DNA from: Synechocystis sp. PCC 6803 substr. PCC-P
Lineage (GTDB): Bacteria; Cyanobacteriota; Cyanobacteriia; Cyanobacteriales; Microcystaceae
NCBI RefSeq assembly: GCF_000284455.1
Contig: NC_017039.1
Location: 3,390,001-3,422,000 of the forward strand
DNA length: 32,000 bases
Direction: 5' to 3'
The notes beneath the pieces are model-generated. The model saw nothing but the letters and a program-made list of their open reading frames with translations. It was not told the origin of the DNA and ran no database searches. This document shows positions 1 through 9,572 of the stretch, piece by piece; positions within the stretch are counted from its first letter, which is position 1; each line of letters begins with the position of its first letter. A program made the translations under genes and the position numbers.

Positions 1-128
1 GCAGCGGTTTTCATAGCAATGTTTCCTAGTGAGAAGACTGTCCATCGCTATTATGACAAATTATAAATTTTTGTGAAGAAATGTTAAGACAAAATTGCCA
101 CTGGCACAAGCTGACCCCTGAACACAGG

Positions 129-1280
129 TTAGAAAATATCCGCCGGATCTGCGGCCCGCAAACGCCCCACGGCGATCGCCCCGGAAATGCAACACATGGC
201 AATGGTCATAATTAATACAGTTAACGCCCTGGCCGTGGTCATAATCAGGGGCAAACCCGTGGCCCGGGCTGTGTTGGTGTAGAGTAGAATCCCCAAGCCA
301 AAACTGGGTAAAAAGCCAATCACTGCTAGCAATAGGGCTTCTTGGAACACAACTCCCAACAAATAACGATCGCCGTAGCCAATGGCTTTGAGGGTGGCAT
401 ATTCCGGTAAATGGTCAGAAACGTCGGTGTAGAGAATTTGGTAAACAATGACGGTGCCCACAATGAAACCCATAGCGGTGCCCAAACCAAAGACAAAACC
501 AATGGTGGTGCGGGTTTGCCAATAATTCAATTCGTATTGGACTAACTTTTCCTTGGTGAAAACCTGGACATCCCCCTCGGTTAACTCTTGGCGGATTTCC
601 TCCGCTACTTTTTCCGGATCAGCGCCGGGTTTGAGTTGCAAAATACCCGCATCAATGGAACTGCGGTCCCGATTAGGAAAAAGACGGAAGAAATTCAAAT
701 CGCTGGTAATTAAAGTCCCATCCGCCCCAAAGGAAGAACCGAGGGTGAATAAACCCTGCACCTGGATGCGGCGATTACCCACTTCGGTGAAAACTGGGCC
801 GTCGGCTTCTAACAGGGCCGGCACTGGGCCAAATTCTTCCCTGGAGTCTTGGTCAAACAGGAACACGTCGGGGCGCTTAATCAAATCTAAATTTTCGGCT
901 ACCCCTGGTAGATTGATCGGATTGTTAACGGGGTTGAAACCCATGATGTAAATCTGGCGGCTGACTTTAGTTTCCGGGTTTTTCCAGCGGTTGATGTCAA
1001 TGTAGAGGCTAGTGCCATCCTTAACAGAGGCGTTGCCCATGGCCTGGTATAAACGGCGGGCTGCAAAAGGGGTGGGGTTAACAAAGGTGTCCGTTTGGGT
1101 ACTGAGAATGAATAAATCCCCTTGCAAACTTTTAGGAACCCGGACTGCACTGTCAAACAAGGCATTTTTGAACCCCAGTTGCATAAAAATCAGCACATCG
1201 GCAAAGGCAATGCCGGCGATCGCCGCCAGGAGTCGCATCCTTTCATGGAATAGCTGGTGCCAGGCAAGGGGAATTTTCAT
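129..1280 (-). CDS. DevC-type ABC transporter permease (FtsX/MacB-like fold)
   Basis: 383-aa ORF with N-terminal TM segment and three C-terminal TM segments (FGLGTAMGFIVGTVIVYQILYTDV...YATLKAIGYGDRYLLGVVFQEA), typical of DevC permeases; HlyD-like gene lies directly upstream on the same strand. Confidence 0.9.
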   Translation of the reverse strand: MKIPLAWHQLFHERMRLLAAIAGIAFADVLIFMQLGFKNALFDSAVRVPKSLQGDLFILSTQTDTFVNPTPFAARRLYQAMGNASVKDGTSLYIDINRWKNPETKVSRQIYIMGFNPVNNPINLPGVAENLDLIKRPDVFLFDQDSREEFGPVPALLEADGPVFTEVGNRRIQVQGLFTLGSSFGADGTLITSDLNFFRLFPNRDRSSIDAGILQLKPGADPEKVAEEIRQELTEGDVQVFTKEKLVQYELNYWQTRTTIGFVFGLGTAMGFIVGTVIVYQILYTDVSDHLPEYATLKAIGYGDRYLLGVVFQEALLLAVIGFLPSFGLGILLYTNTARATGLPLIMTTARALTVLIMTIAMCCISGAIAVGRLRAADPADIF

Positions 1281-1321
1281 CTACTAATGTACTGATGGAT
1301 AAATCTTTGGTTGATTGATTG

Positions 1322-2677
1322 TTAGTTGGGGGCAGAAGGAGGAGCGCTGTCGGGTTCAATTTTGACCACCACTTTGGCGTTGCTCAAGCCGGCCACGGTT
1401 TTGCTGGCGCTGGGACTGAGGGCAATTTTTACTTCCACCACCCTGGCATCAATGTCGGCGGCGGGGTCGGAGTCCAGCACATCATTTTTGCCAATTCTCA
1501 AACCAATATTGGTAACTCGCCCTTCCAATTCACCGCTAAAGCTGTCGTTTTCACTACGCACCCAAGCAGTTTGACCTAGTTCCACCCGGCCAATGTCATT
1601 TTCATACACTTCCGCCACCACAATCATTTGGGACGTAATGCCGAGATCGAGGATGCCATTGGTATCACTAACTTTTTCTCCAGGGCGAGTATAAATTTTT
1701 AACACCTGGGAATCCACCGGAGCCCGCACCAGGGCAGTGTCCAACTCAGCTCGGGCTTCCTGGAAACGGGCCATGGCCAAATTCAATTCTGCTTTGGCTT
1801 TTTGCACATCCACCGGACGAATTTCGGCAATTTGAGATAGGGTGGCCCGGGCCGATTCCCTTTCCAGCACCATGGTTTGGGCGTCCTTATCTCGGACTGA
1901 TTGCTGTTCCCGAATTTGTTCTTCTAAAGTAGCTTCGGTTTTCATTAGCCGAGCCTGGGCTTCTCGCAAGCGCTGGTTGCTGGTCTCCAAATTCAAACGT
2001 CGCTGTTCCCAGTCTGCCATGGCGATCGCCCCATTTTCCGCCAAACTCCGATAACGCCGGTCATCGTTGGCCGCTTGATTTACCTCTGCCTGTAGGCGAT
2101 CGATGGTGGCCTGTTGCTCTAACTTTTCCCCTTCCAACTGCTTAACCAAATTGGCCAGGGCGGCTTGGTTGACAGCAAAATTCTGTTCTAATTCCGCCTG
2201 GGCTTTCCGGACTTGGGACTCCTGGGCAGCGATTTCTCCCCGTTTGGCACCGGCTTCAATGATGGCCAAATCTGCTTGGGCTACCCGAACCGATTCCTGG
2301 GCAGAAACCACAGCGGCGGCTTTTTGTTCGTAGGAATCCAGCACTGCCACCACCTGGCCTTCTTTGACTTTGTCCCCTTCTTTGACTAATACTCTGGCTA
2401 CTTTCGCCCCACCAAAAGAACCGGGGGAAGCGGAAAGCTTAATAATTTCCCCTAGGGGAGCAATGCGTCCCAGGGCGGCCACGGGCTTGTCTTCTGGAGC
2501 TTGAGTTGCGGGAGAAAGGGCACTGGAAGCGTTATCCTCCCCTTGATTGACCCCGGAACGGAGACTGTAAAAAATTATGCCCCCGGTGAATAAAACCCCC
2601 ACCACCATGGCCAAAATGATCCAACGGAGGCTATGGTCAGGGTTGGTAAGTTGTCCAGTCCTAGTGGATTCACCCAT
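1322..2677 (-). CDS. HlyD/DevB-type periplasmic membrane fusion protein
   Basis: 451-aa ORF: TM anchor near N terminus, lipoyl half-motif (VLVKEGDKVKEGQVVAVLD), long coiled coil, second half-motif (LVRAPVDSQVLKIYTRPGEKVSD). Confidence 0.9.
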   Translation of the reverse strand: MGESTRTGQLTNPDHSLRWIILAMVVGVLFTGGIIFYSLRSGVNQGEDNASSALSPATQAPEDKPVAALGRIAPLGEIIKLSASPGSFGGAKVARVLVKEGDKVKEGQVVAVLDSYEQKAAAVVSAQESVRVAQADLAIIEAGAKRGEIAAQESQVRKAQAELEQNFAVNQAALANLVKQLEGEKLEQQATIDRLQAEVNQAANDDRRYRSLAENGAIAMADWEQRRLNLETSNQRLREAQARLMKTEATLEEQIREQQSVRDKDAQTMVLERESARATLSQIAEIRPVDVQKAKAELNLAMARFQEARAELDTALVRAPVDSQVLKIYTRPGEKVSDTNGILDLGITSQMIVVAEVYENDIGRVELGQTAWVRSENDSFSGELEGRVTNIGLRIGKNDVLDSDPAADIDARVVEVKIALSPSASKTVAGLSNAKVVVKIEPDSAPPSAPN

Positions 2678-2780
2678 AAAGCAAAAAGGGCCAATAGCTT
2701 GAAAATGCTAAATGGATTGTAACATTTTGATACGGGAGGATTCAGGGCACGGGGACACAGTTATTGCTTATTGCTGGCTT

Positions 2781-3503
2781 TCAAGGGCGTAGATTTTCCC
2801 CCGCCTGTTGGTCCAGAAGCCAGATCAGTTCCCCCTGGGGCTGGATAAACCGGGCTGGATATTGTTGGGGGTCGGCTTCGGGGGCAAAAATTTCCCCTAA
2901 TGCATGCTGTTTACTGGCCCCTGCTACGAGAAAAACTACCGAACGGGCTCGGTTAATCAGGGGAATAGTAAAAGTTAACCGGGGTTGGCCATCTTTATTG
3001 CCCACCGTAATTAGGCGATCGCCAACGGTCAGGGCGGGGGTATGGGGAAAAAGGGAAGCGGTGTGGCCGTCGTCCCCTAAACCTAAAAGGATTAAGTCAA
3101 AGGCGGGGAAATGTCCTGCTTCCACCTGGAAAAAGGTGGCCAACTCATTTTCATAGGTCTGGGCATCCTGCTCAGGATCGGCCGCAGCAGTAGGCATGGG
3201 ATGAATATTGGCTTCGGGAATGTCCACCTGGTCCAACCAAGCGAGGCGGGCCATGCGTTGGTTACTGTCGGGGTGGTCCACGGAAACATAACGTTCATCG
3301 CCCCAAAAAACGTGGATCTTTTCCCAGGGGAGGGCTTGGCGGGCGAGGGCTTCATATAACGGTTTAGGGGTGTTGCCCCCCGATAGGGCAATGGTGCCTT
3401 GACCCCGCTCGGCGATCGCCTTGGTAATACGAGTGGTGACACAGACCAGGGCCCGTTCAATCAAAATTTGTTTATTTATCAACACATCCACTTGGGGAGC
3501 CAT
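2781..3503 (-). CDS. pgl: 6-phosphogluconolactonase (historically also labelled devB)
   Basis: Motifs ALSGGNTPKPLYEAL, VFWGDERYV, DLILLGLGDDGHTASLFPHTPAL. Start moved from 3545 to the ATG at 3503 (MAPQVDV...), giving 240 aa. Confidence 0.93.
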   Translation of the reverse strand: MAPQVDVLINKQILIERALVCVTTRITKAIAERGQGTIALSGGNTPKPLYEALARQALPWEKIHVFWGDERYVSVDHPDSNQRMARLAWLDQVDIPEANIHPMPTAAADPEQDAQTYENELATFFQVEAGHFPAFDLILLGLGDDGHTASLFPHTPALTVGDRLITVGNKDGQPRLTFTIPLINRARSVVFLVAGASKQHALGEIFAPEADPQQYPARFIQPQGELIWLLDQQAGENLRP

Positions 3504-3589
3504 GGAAACCTCTGGGGAATGGATAATCTTGTTTTTCCCCTCCATCTTGGAGTCGTTTCCCGTTTAGGTAAAGGAATTGTGGAATTTCT

Positions 3590-6088
3590 TCATCTTTTGG
3601 CTTTTTGATGGGCTAATTTACCGTAACCCCCCAAGAGCATTAGCCACGTTACCACCACCAACCAATGGAAAATGGCGATTAACCATAGGGAGCCACTGTG
3701 CCAATAAATTGCTGTGGTTGCCACCGCCAGTAGTCCGGTAAGACCGAGAAAAATAGGCTGGAAAAATACATTTCTTCCCCTGGGATAAAACAGGAGGGCG
3801 TTGAGGGGATGGTAGAGCAAAAAGAGCACTAAACTCAGCAGCATGGCCCCCAGCGTTGGCCAAAACAAATTCAGTTCCGTGGGATAGGGCAACAGCATAA
3901 CCCGAAACACTAATTCTTCCCCCAGCGCCGGCAGAAAGAATAGGGCCAGGATTGACTTCATACTGCCCCCCAAGGATTGCCCCCACCATTGCCATTGCAA
4001 TAGACCAAATTTAAAGCCCAAGGTCATGGCGATCGCCCCGTAGACGACAACAGCGATCCCGAAGAATTGCCAATCCTGGGGCCGGGGTAAAAATACTATC
4101 GCGGCCAAAATGCGCCGAGCTAAGGCGGAAAGAACAGGCACATCGCCAAAAATACCAGTGGGGGCCAGGGGTAAAATTTCCGGCATCGATCCTCCCACTT
4201 GGTTGGGGCGCATAAACCAAAGCTGAGCACCCTGTTCCAAGAAAATTTGGTTGAGAATATCCTGATTCAACCGGGGCAACATGGACTGCCAACTGAGCAG
4301 GGCATTGGCTAGGGTATTTTCCTGGATGAAATCGTATTGATTGGTGGGATTATCCGGATCTAAACCGGCTAGGGTGGCGGCATTGTTTTGCCAATCTTCC
4401 CTGGTAATACCCCTGGGTTTTAACATCGTCAACAGGCGATCGCCTAATTGCTGTAGCCGTTGGAAACGTTGATTTTCCGGGGAATTGCCATGCTGGGCTA
4501 ACCAAGTGATAATTTCCGGGCTATTTTGCACCTTTTGCTGTAGACCAACAATGGCCAAGTACAAAGCTTGGTTGGAATCCTGTACACAGGAAGCTGCTGG
4601 ACTAACCCCTGCGTAGCCAGTGCCATCCCCCGTGCGGTATCGAGCCATCATGATTTGCAATTGTTTTTGCAACTCATCCAGGGGAGAAAGTACGGAGCCG
4701 CCGAAGTTATAGTCCTCCAACACATCCAGTTTGACTACTACATCGGCAAAAGGACGACTCTGAATCCAGCCCCGCTGCAAATTACCCGCGTAGTTTTCCC
4801 AGGTTTGGGAACCAGCAATGATGCCCTGGGGATTATGGGCATAGACCTGATAGTAGGGAATTTCCCACTGCAACTCCTCTGTAAAGGGATCCCGGATAAC
4901 TTTGGGCAAGCTAAAGGAAAAATGCCCCGTCACCGTACCCAACATAATTTTTTCCCCCAATGCGCCCCCAATGCCGCCAAATAAATGCATCCCCAACAGG
5001 CGATCGCCTTCTTGCCATTGCCCTAAAGCTACTGCGGGGGAATCACTGCGGGGATCAACTAAAACCTTTTGGACTGTGCCTTTGCGAGCAGGGGTATTCT
5101 GCCAATTTTTGTGACTAATGTAGTCCCGACCGGGACCGAGGCGAAAAATTTGTTCATCGGGTTGCAATTGCACCAAGGATCGGGGGTTGAGGGATTGGAC
5201 CGTAAATATGCCATCTTTTCCCTGGGCACCATAGACGTACCAACCCGCCTGACCCACGGGGGAACTAGCCAAATCCCTGGGGGTGGACATAAACCGATCG
5301 CCGTTTAAGTGGGGTTGTTGGGGAATGCGAATGGTTTCCTGGGGCCCGTCAAACTCTTTACTGCCAGGGTTGTAATGTTGCACCAGCATCAAATCCGCTG
5401 GGCAGGGTTTAGTTCCAGGGCAATCCTGCGGTATGGCATTGGCGGGAGCATTGGGCGCAGGGCCAATAATTTTCACCAGGGCTTGGTAGCGTCCCGTCAC
5501 CATTTCCGGCATGGTGGCCAGTTTAATTTCCGCCTGGTTGCCCACAGGAACATTAACTTGGGCCTGGACAAACCGCACCAGCACATCGTCCACTGGTCTA
5601 GCTCCGGCCAAGGATTGCAAAGGCCCCACCTGCGATCGCCCATTTAAACGGTTGGGCAATAAATTTCCTGCCTGTTCACTCTTCAAAGCGGCAGGGGTAA
5701 AATTTACATCCGTGGTCACTAGTTTGAGGTATCTGTCCAAATCAGCATTGCTCTGCCAGGTGAGACGGAGTTTTTGTCCCACTAATCCCTGTTGGATAGA
5801 AGGCGCTTGATACAGTTCCAACCAAACCCAATCTCCTGTCCTGGCTTTAGTTTCTTCCACCGTCGGCAGGATTAAACGACCCAACCACTCTCCCAAAGGC
5901 CGATAATACGCCTCATCTAAATTCTGTTGCAGAGGATAATAATCTACCTGGTTGGCGGGCAACTGACTGCTAATTTGATAATCCGGGATGCGGCCAGAGG
6001 TTTCCTGAGGTTGAAACAGCGTAGCTAGGGAAATCACCACCAGAGCGGCGATCGCCACCAATACCATCCGCCAGCGCCATTGCTTCAT
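3590..6088 (-). CDS. Large membrane protein: long unknown N-terminal region plus C-terminal CPBP (CAAX-protease/bacteriocin-processing) domain
   Basis: 832-aa ORF; C-terminal TM bundle with FFLPALGEELVFRVMLLPYP, FLLYHPLNAL and IAIFHWLVVV, matching the EExxxR/H/H pattern of CPBP proteases. Confidence 0.85.
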   Translation of the reverse strand: MKQWRWRMVLVAIAALVVISLATLFQPQETSGRIPDYQISSQLPANQVDYYPLQQNLDEAYYRPLGEWLGRLILPTVEETKARTGDWVWLELYQAPSIQQGLVGQKLRLTWQSNADLDRYLKLVTTDVNFTPAALKSEQAGNLLPNRLNGRSQVGPLQSLAGARPVDDVLVRFVQAQVNVPVGNQAEIKLATMPEMVTGRYQALVKIIGPAPNAPANAIPQDCPGTKPCPADLMLVQHYNPGSKEFDGPQETIRIPQQPHLNGDRFMSTPRDLASSPVGQAGWYVYGAQGKDGIFTVQSLNPRSLVQLQPDEQIFRLGPGRDYISHKNWQNTPARKGTVQKVLVDPRSDSPAVALGQWQEGDRLLGMHLFGGIGGALGEKIMLGTVTGHFSFSLPKVIRDPFTEELQWEIPYYQVYAHNPQGIIAGSQTWENYAGNLQRGWIQSRPFADVVVKLDVLEDYNFGGSVLSPLDELQKQLQIMMARYRTGDGTGYAGVSPAASCVQDSNQALYLAIVGLQQKVQNSPEIITWLAQHGNSPENQRFQRLQQLGDRLLTMLKPRGITREDWQNNAATLAGLDPDNPTNQYDFIQENTLANALLSWQSMLPRLNQDILNQIFLEQGAQLWFMRPNQVGGSMPEILPLAPTGIFGDVPVLSALARRILAAIVFLPRPQDWQFFGIAVVVYGAIAMTLGFKFGLLQWQWWGQSLGGSMKSILALFFLPALGEELVFRVMLLPYPTELNLFWPTLGAMLLSLVLFLLYHPLNALLFYPRGRNVFFQPIFLGLTGLLAVATTAIYWHSGSLWLIAIFHWLVVVTWLMLLGGYGKLAHQKAKR

Positions 6089-6235
6089 CTGTGGACTGCC
6101 CTAAAAATTGCCATAAAAAAACACCTGGGGCGTCTTTCCTTGTTTCGACTCCAGATGTTTTTCTAATTTCCTCACACCTGTCCTAAGTATAAATCACCAA
6201 CGGGGATTGTCAAGGCTTCAGACCTGGAAAAAAAC

Positions 6236-6544
6236 TTAATTTTCAAGAAACTTTGACCTAAAGCAGAACTCCGAAGCTTTTTCCATCGTCCTTCGCCGTA
6301 GATTGTGAATTTTTTCTAAGATTTTTAAAAATTCTTCAATCAGGGTTTCCCCTGGCCCAGCACCACTCCATAGACCAAAAACAAATTCCCCACTCGGATT
6401 GTTTTCGGTTAAGAGTTGTATAAAGGCCATCGCCATTTTAATAATCACGCTAAGATCACGGAGGATTGGCAAAAAGCCCAGGCTGATTGGTGACTTTTTT
6501 GGACAGCAACAACACTTCCCTGGATCGGCTTTGCCTTTCCCCAT
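6236..6544 (-). CDS. Hypothetical small ORF, doubtful
   Basis: 102-aa open frame only; no recognisable motif. Confidence 0.3.
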   Translation of the reverse strand: MGKGKADPGKCCCCPKKSPISLGFLPILRDLSVIIKMAMAFIQLLTENNPSGEFVFGLWSGAGPGETLIEEFLKILEKIHNLRRRTMEKASEFCFRSKFLEN

Positions 6545-6671
6545 CTGACAGTGTAATTGGTTGATTATTTCAGTGGCCCGGCCGATGGATAATTACCATG
6601 GCCCGACCGACCGGGATTTCCAGACCAGTTTGAACAGTATTAAATTAGCCTTTCCGGACAAGGCCTCTGTG

Positions 6672-6698
6672 AAAATCTTAAAAAAGTATTAAGATTTT
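6672..6698. promoter_or_regulatory. 10-bp perfect dyad AAAATCTTAA-N7-TTAAGATTTT upstream of the 6726 ORF
   Basis: Read directly; lies 28 bp before the start codon. Confidence 0.4.
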
Positions 6699-6725
6699 AA
6701 AAGCTAGCTTATTTTCGGAGGAAAT

Positions 6726-7088
6726 GTGTTTACTCGACTTGCCCAGCAACACCGCGATTTCGTGAAGGATTTAGTCATGAGCTTGAGGGCTTTGGCCACT
6801 GTGCTCGAAAATCGGGGCTACATTGCTTCTTGCTACACCTGTGGCGACCAACTCAACAGCGCCTCCTTCATGGTGAGCTTGGGGGAAAATCATCTGATCC
6901 GCTTTTTGGTATCGGACTACGGCATCACCTGGACAGAAATGCGGGATGACCGAGAATTAATGAAATTAGAAGGAGCCGAGGCGATCGCCCAATTGGAAGA
7001 ATTGGCCAATGTGGTCAAATATTGCCTAGCAGATGCCCCCAAAGGTGGCCGCAAAAAGCGCAAAACCGCCCAACTACAACTAGTCTAG
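6726..7088 (+). CDS. Conserved-looking hypothetical protein, 120 aa with a basic C terminus
   Basis: Complete ORF preceded by CGGAGG ribosome-binding-like sequence (cggaggaaatgtg). Confidence 0.7.
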   Translation: MFTRLAQQHRDFVKDLVMSLRALATVLENRGYIASCYTCGDQLNSASFMVSLGENHLIRFLVSDYGITWTEMRDDRELMKLEGAEAIAQLEELANVVKYCLADAPKGGRKKRKTAQLQLV

Positions 7089-7097
7089 GGCCCTTGC

Positions 7098-7275
7098 CAT
7101 AACCCCCGATAGCGTGAGTTACCAGGAAATTCCCGCTGATAGTCCCCTGTAAAGCAAGGGAGCTGGAATAGTTTGTTTTACCGTAAGGTGTTGACTCCCC
7201 TGCCGGTCAAAACTGTGGAAAGTAAAATACCCACGCCGAACCTAAAATTAGAGCTTGGGAATTGCCGTGACATGT
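7098..7275. ncRNA. Candidate structured RNA element in a convergent intergenic gap; class unknown
   Basis: Nested complementarities: AATTCCC (7128-7134)/GGGAATT (7257-7263); TCCCCTG (7143-7149)/CAAGGGA (7155-7161); ACC-GTAA-GGT (7180-7189); TTGAC (7191-7195)/GTCAA (7206-7210). No matching expression evidence. Confidence 0.3.
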
Positions 7276-7283
7276 TTCTACGC

Positions 7284-9545
7284 CTAAGCTCGAGGCAAAT
7301 GGTTATAGCGTTTTAAACAGATAGTAACTGTTGTTCCCTGGTCAACTGCACTTTTTAGCAAGATACTGCCACTGTGTAAGTCAACACATTTCTTGGCAAC
7401 CATTAAACCGAGTCCTGTTCCCGTAATATTTCTGACATTTTTGCCCCGATGAAAGGGTTCAAAAATTTGCTTTTGGTCCTCTGGCGAAATGCCAATGCCC
7501 TGGTCGGTGACTTCAAAAATAATCTGTTCCGAATCTAGGCTTAGGGCAATTTTAATCTGCCCTCCCCCGGGAGAGTATTTAATCGCATTAGATAACAGAT
7601 TAGATAAAATAGACCGCACTAACCTTTCATCCACCAATGCCTTCGTATCTTGAGCGCTACAAATAAAGTCAAAATAATATTGGTCACTGACACTTAATTG
7701 AATTTCTTCGATAAATTGCTGGAACAATAATTTCAAATCTAACCAATTAGGATTAAATTCCAATTTGCCCGCTTCGGCACGGTTAATGATTAAAATATCA
7801 TCCAGGAGCTGTACCATATTTTTCACGGAATTTTGAATACGGTGTAAGTTCCGGCTACGCTTATCGGGATCAAGCCAGGCCACTTCAGAATTTTCCAGTA
7901 ATTGGGCAGCAGCTAAGGCCGTACTGAGGGGAGTACGAAATTCATGGGAAGCCATGGAGAAAAAACGAGTTTTTAGGCGGCTTAATTCTTTTTCCCGTTC
8001 TAAAGCTAGGCGGACTTCCTCCGTGCGTCGGCGCTCAGTGACATCCCTTTGCACAGCAATCCAATGGGTGTAAAAACCTGTTTTATTGGCAACGGGCACC
8101 AGACTAAATTCCACCCAAAACTCACTGCCATCCTTACGATAATTAATCACTTCAACGGTAACTGATTGCCATTGACTAATGGCTTGCCGCACCCTATCTA
8201 ATTCAGTGCGACTAGTTTTTGGTCCCTGTAAAACTCGGGGGGTTTTGCCTAGCATTTCTTCAGCAGTATAACCGGTGATTTTAGTAAATGCTTCATTGAC
8301 ATAGAGAATTCTCGGCCCGGGATCATCAATGGGCTCCGCTTCCGTAATCACCACCGCATCATTAGTATTAACCACAACGGATTGTAGCAAACGAATTTGT
8401 TCTGCCTGCCGCTTTTGCTCGGTAATATCGGCGACAACCGCCACCAATCCGGCAATATTTTCTTCACTATCCAATAGGGGAGCAGCGGAAAGGACAATTT
8501 CAATCCAACTACCATCTTTTTTTTGACATTTTAATTCTAGGCTAGGGGAAACCATGCCTGATAAAACTTTCTGTTTAAATTGCTGATAATCTTCCAGCAA
8601 AATGTTGGATGTTAATAATTCTGGATGGGCAATAATTTCTGTTTCTGTCCAACCAAAAATACGTTCTGCTGTAGGATTCCAAATCTGAATTTGGTCTGCT
8701 AAATTAAGGGTAAAAATACCCCTGGGGGAGGCCGCAATCAGGGATTGCAGAGTATGGTTAGTGTGGCGGAGAGCGGCTTCCGTTTTTTGTCGCTCACTGA
8801 TTTCCATTCTTAGGGATTGATTGGTGGCGGCAAGTTGCTGGGTGCGTTTTTCGACTCGGTTTTCCAAATCTTTATTGAGTTGCTGTAATTGCTCATATAA
8901 TTCCGATTGTTGGATGGCGATCGCGACCTGATTGGCTAGCTGTTTCATTAACTCCACTTCCCACGGTTGCCATGGCCGGGTAAAAGCACATTGATGGGTA
9001 ATTAACAGCCCCCAAAGATAGGGAAATTCTGATTCATTATCTAGGGAAGAAGCACGATTATGTTGAAGAATGGGCACTACTAATTTTGATTTCACGCCAA
9101 ATTGTTTGACGAAATCAGCTAGGCAAATCTCTATGTCATCCTGGTCAATGTCATTAATGGCCCGTACTTTACCTTTGGTGTAGGCTTGATGGTATTCAAC
9201 GGGAAAAACTTCATCGGAAAAGGTCCGCCCTAAAATACTAGGATAATTGGCATTCACCGATTCCGTAATGGCGCTGCCCGTGCCATCTTGCCAAATGCGA
9301 TAAATTAGAACTCGATCAACTTGCAACAGGGTTTTAACTTCAGCGACGGTGGTATTTAAAACCGTTTCCAAGTTTAAAGATTGGCGGATATGTTGGGTAA
9401 TTTGGTTAATAAATCGTTCCCGTTGGGTTTGTTGCTTGATGCTAATTTCAATCCTGCGGCGTTCTTGGTTTTGTCTGTGCCATAAATAACAGGTCATGGC
9501 GATCGCCAGAAAAACAAATTCGATTGGAATTAGAAATTTGCCCAT
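7284..9545 (-). CDS. ccaS: Cyanobacteriochrome sensor histidine kinase CcaS (TM - GAF - coiled coil - PAS - PAS - HisKA - HATPase), intact
   Basis: 753 aa; N-terminal TM, GAF domain with CLADF near its chromophore region, two PAS domains, H-box MASHEFRTPLSTALAAAQLL, N/G boxes (LLSNAIKYSPGG, DQGIGISPEDQ, GTGLGLMVAKK); adjacent to cpcG2 and ccaR. Confidence 0.95.
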   Translation of the reverse strand: MGKFLIPIEFVFLAIAMTCYLWHRQNQERRRIEISIKQQTQRERFINQITQHIRQSLNLETVLNTTVAEVKTLLQVDRVLIYRIWQDGTGSAITESVNANYPSILGRTFSDEVFPVEYHQAYTKGKVRAINDIDQDDIEICLADFVKQFGVKSKLVVPILQHNRASSLDNESEFPYLWGLLITHQCAFTRPWQPWEVELMKQLANQVAIAIQQSELYEQLQQLNKDLENRVEKRTQQLAATNQSLRMEISERQKTEAALRHTNHTLQSLIAASPRGIFTLNLADQIQIWNPTAERIFGWTETEIIAHPELLTSNILLEDYQQFKQKVLSGMVSPSLELKCQKKDGSWIEIVLSAAPLLDSEENIAGLVAVVADITEQKRQAEQIRLLQSVVVNTNDAVVITEAEPIDDPGPRILYVNEAFTKITGYTAEEMLGKTPRVLQGPKTSRTELDRVRQAISQWQSVTVEVINYRKDGSEFWVEFSLVPVANKTGFYTHWIAVQRDVTERRRTEEVRLALEREKELSRLKTRFFSMASHEFRTPLSTALAAAQLLENSEVAWLDPDKRSRNLHRIQNSVKNMVQLLDDILIINRAEAGKLEFNPNWLDLKLLFQQFIEEIQLSVSDQYYFDFICSAQDTKALVDERLVRSILSNLLSNAIKYSPGGGQIKIALSLDSEQIIFEVTDQGIGISPEDQKQIFEPFHRGKNVRNITGTGLGLMVAKKCVDLHSGSILLKSAVDQGTTVTICLKRYNHLPRA

Positions 9546-9572
9546 ATATTAGCGAATCCCAGTAGAAAAACC

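Noticed and set aside
553-951. Antisense ORFs such as 553-951, 3092-3460, 5511-5810, 13315-13848, 20270-20488, 23485-23823 and similar
   Set aside because: All lie on the opposite strand or in alternative frames of well-supported genes, with composition typical of shadow ORFs and no family motifs.
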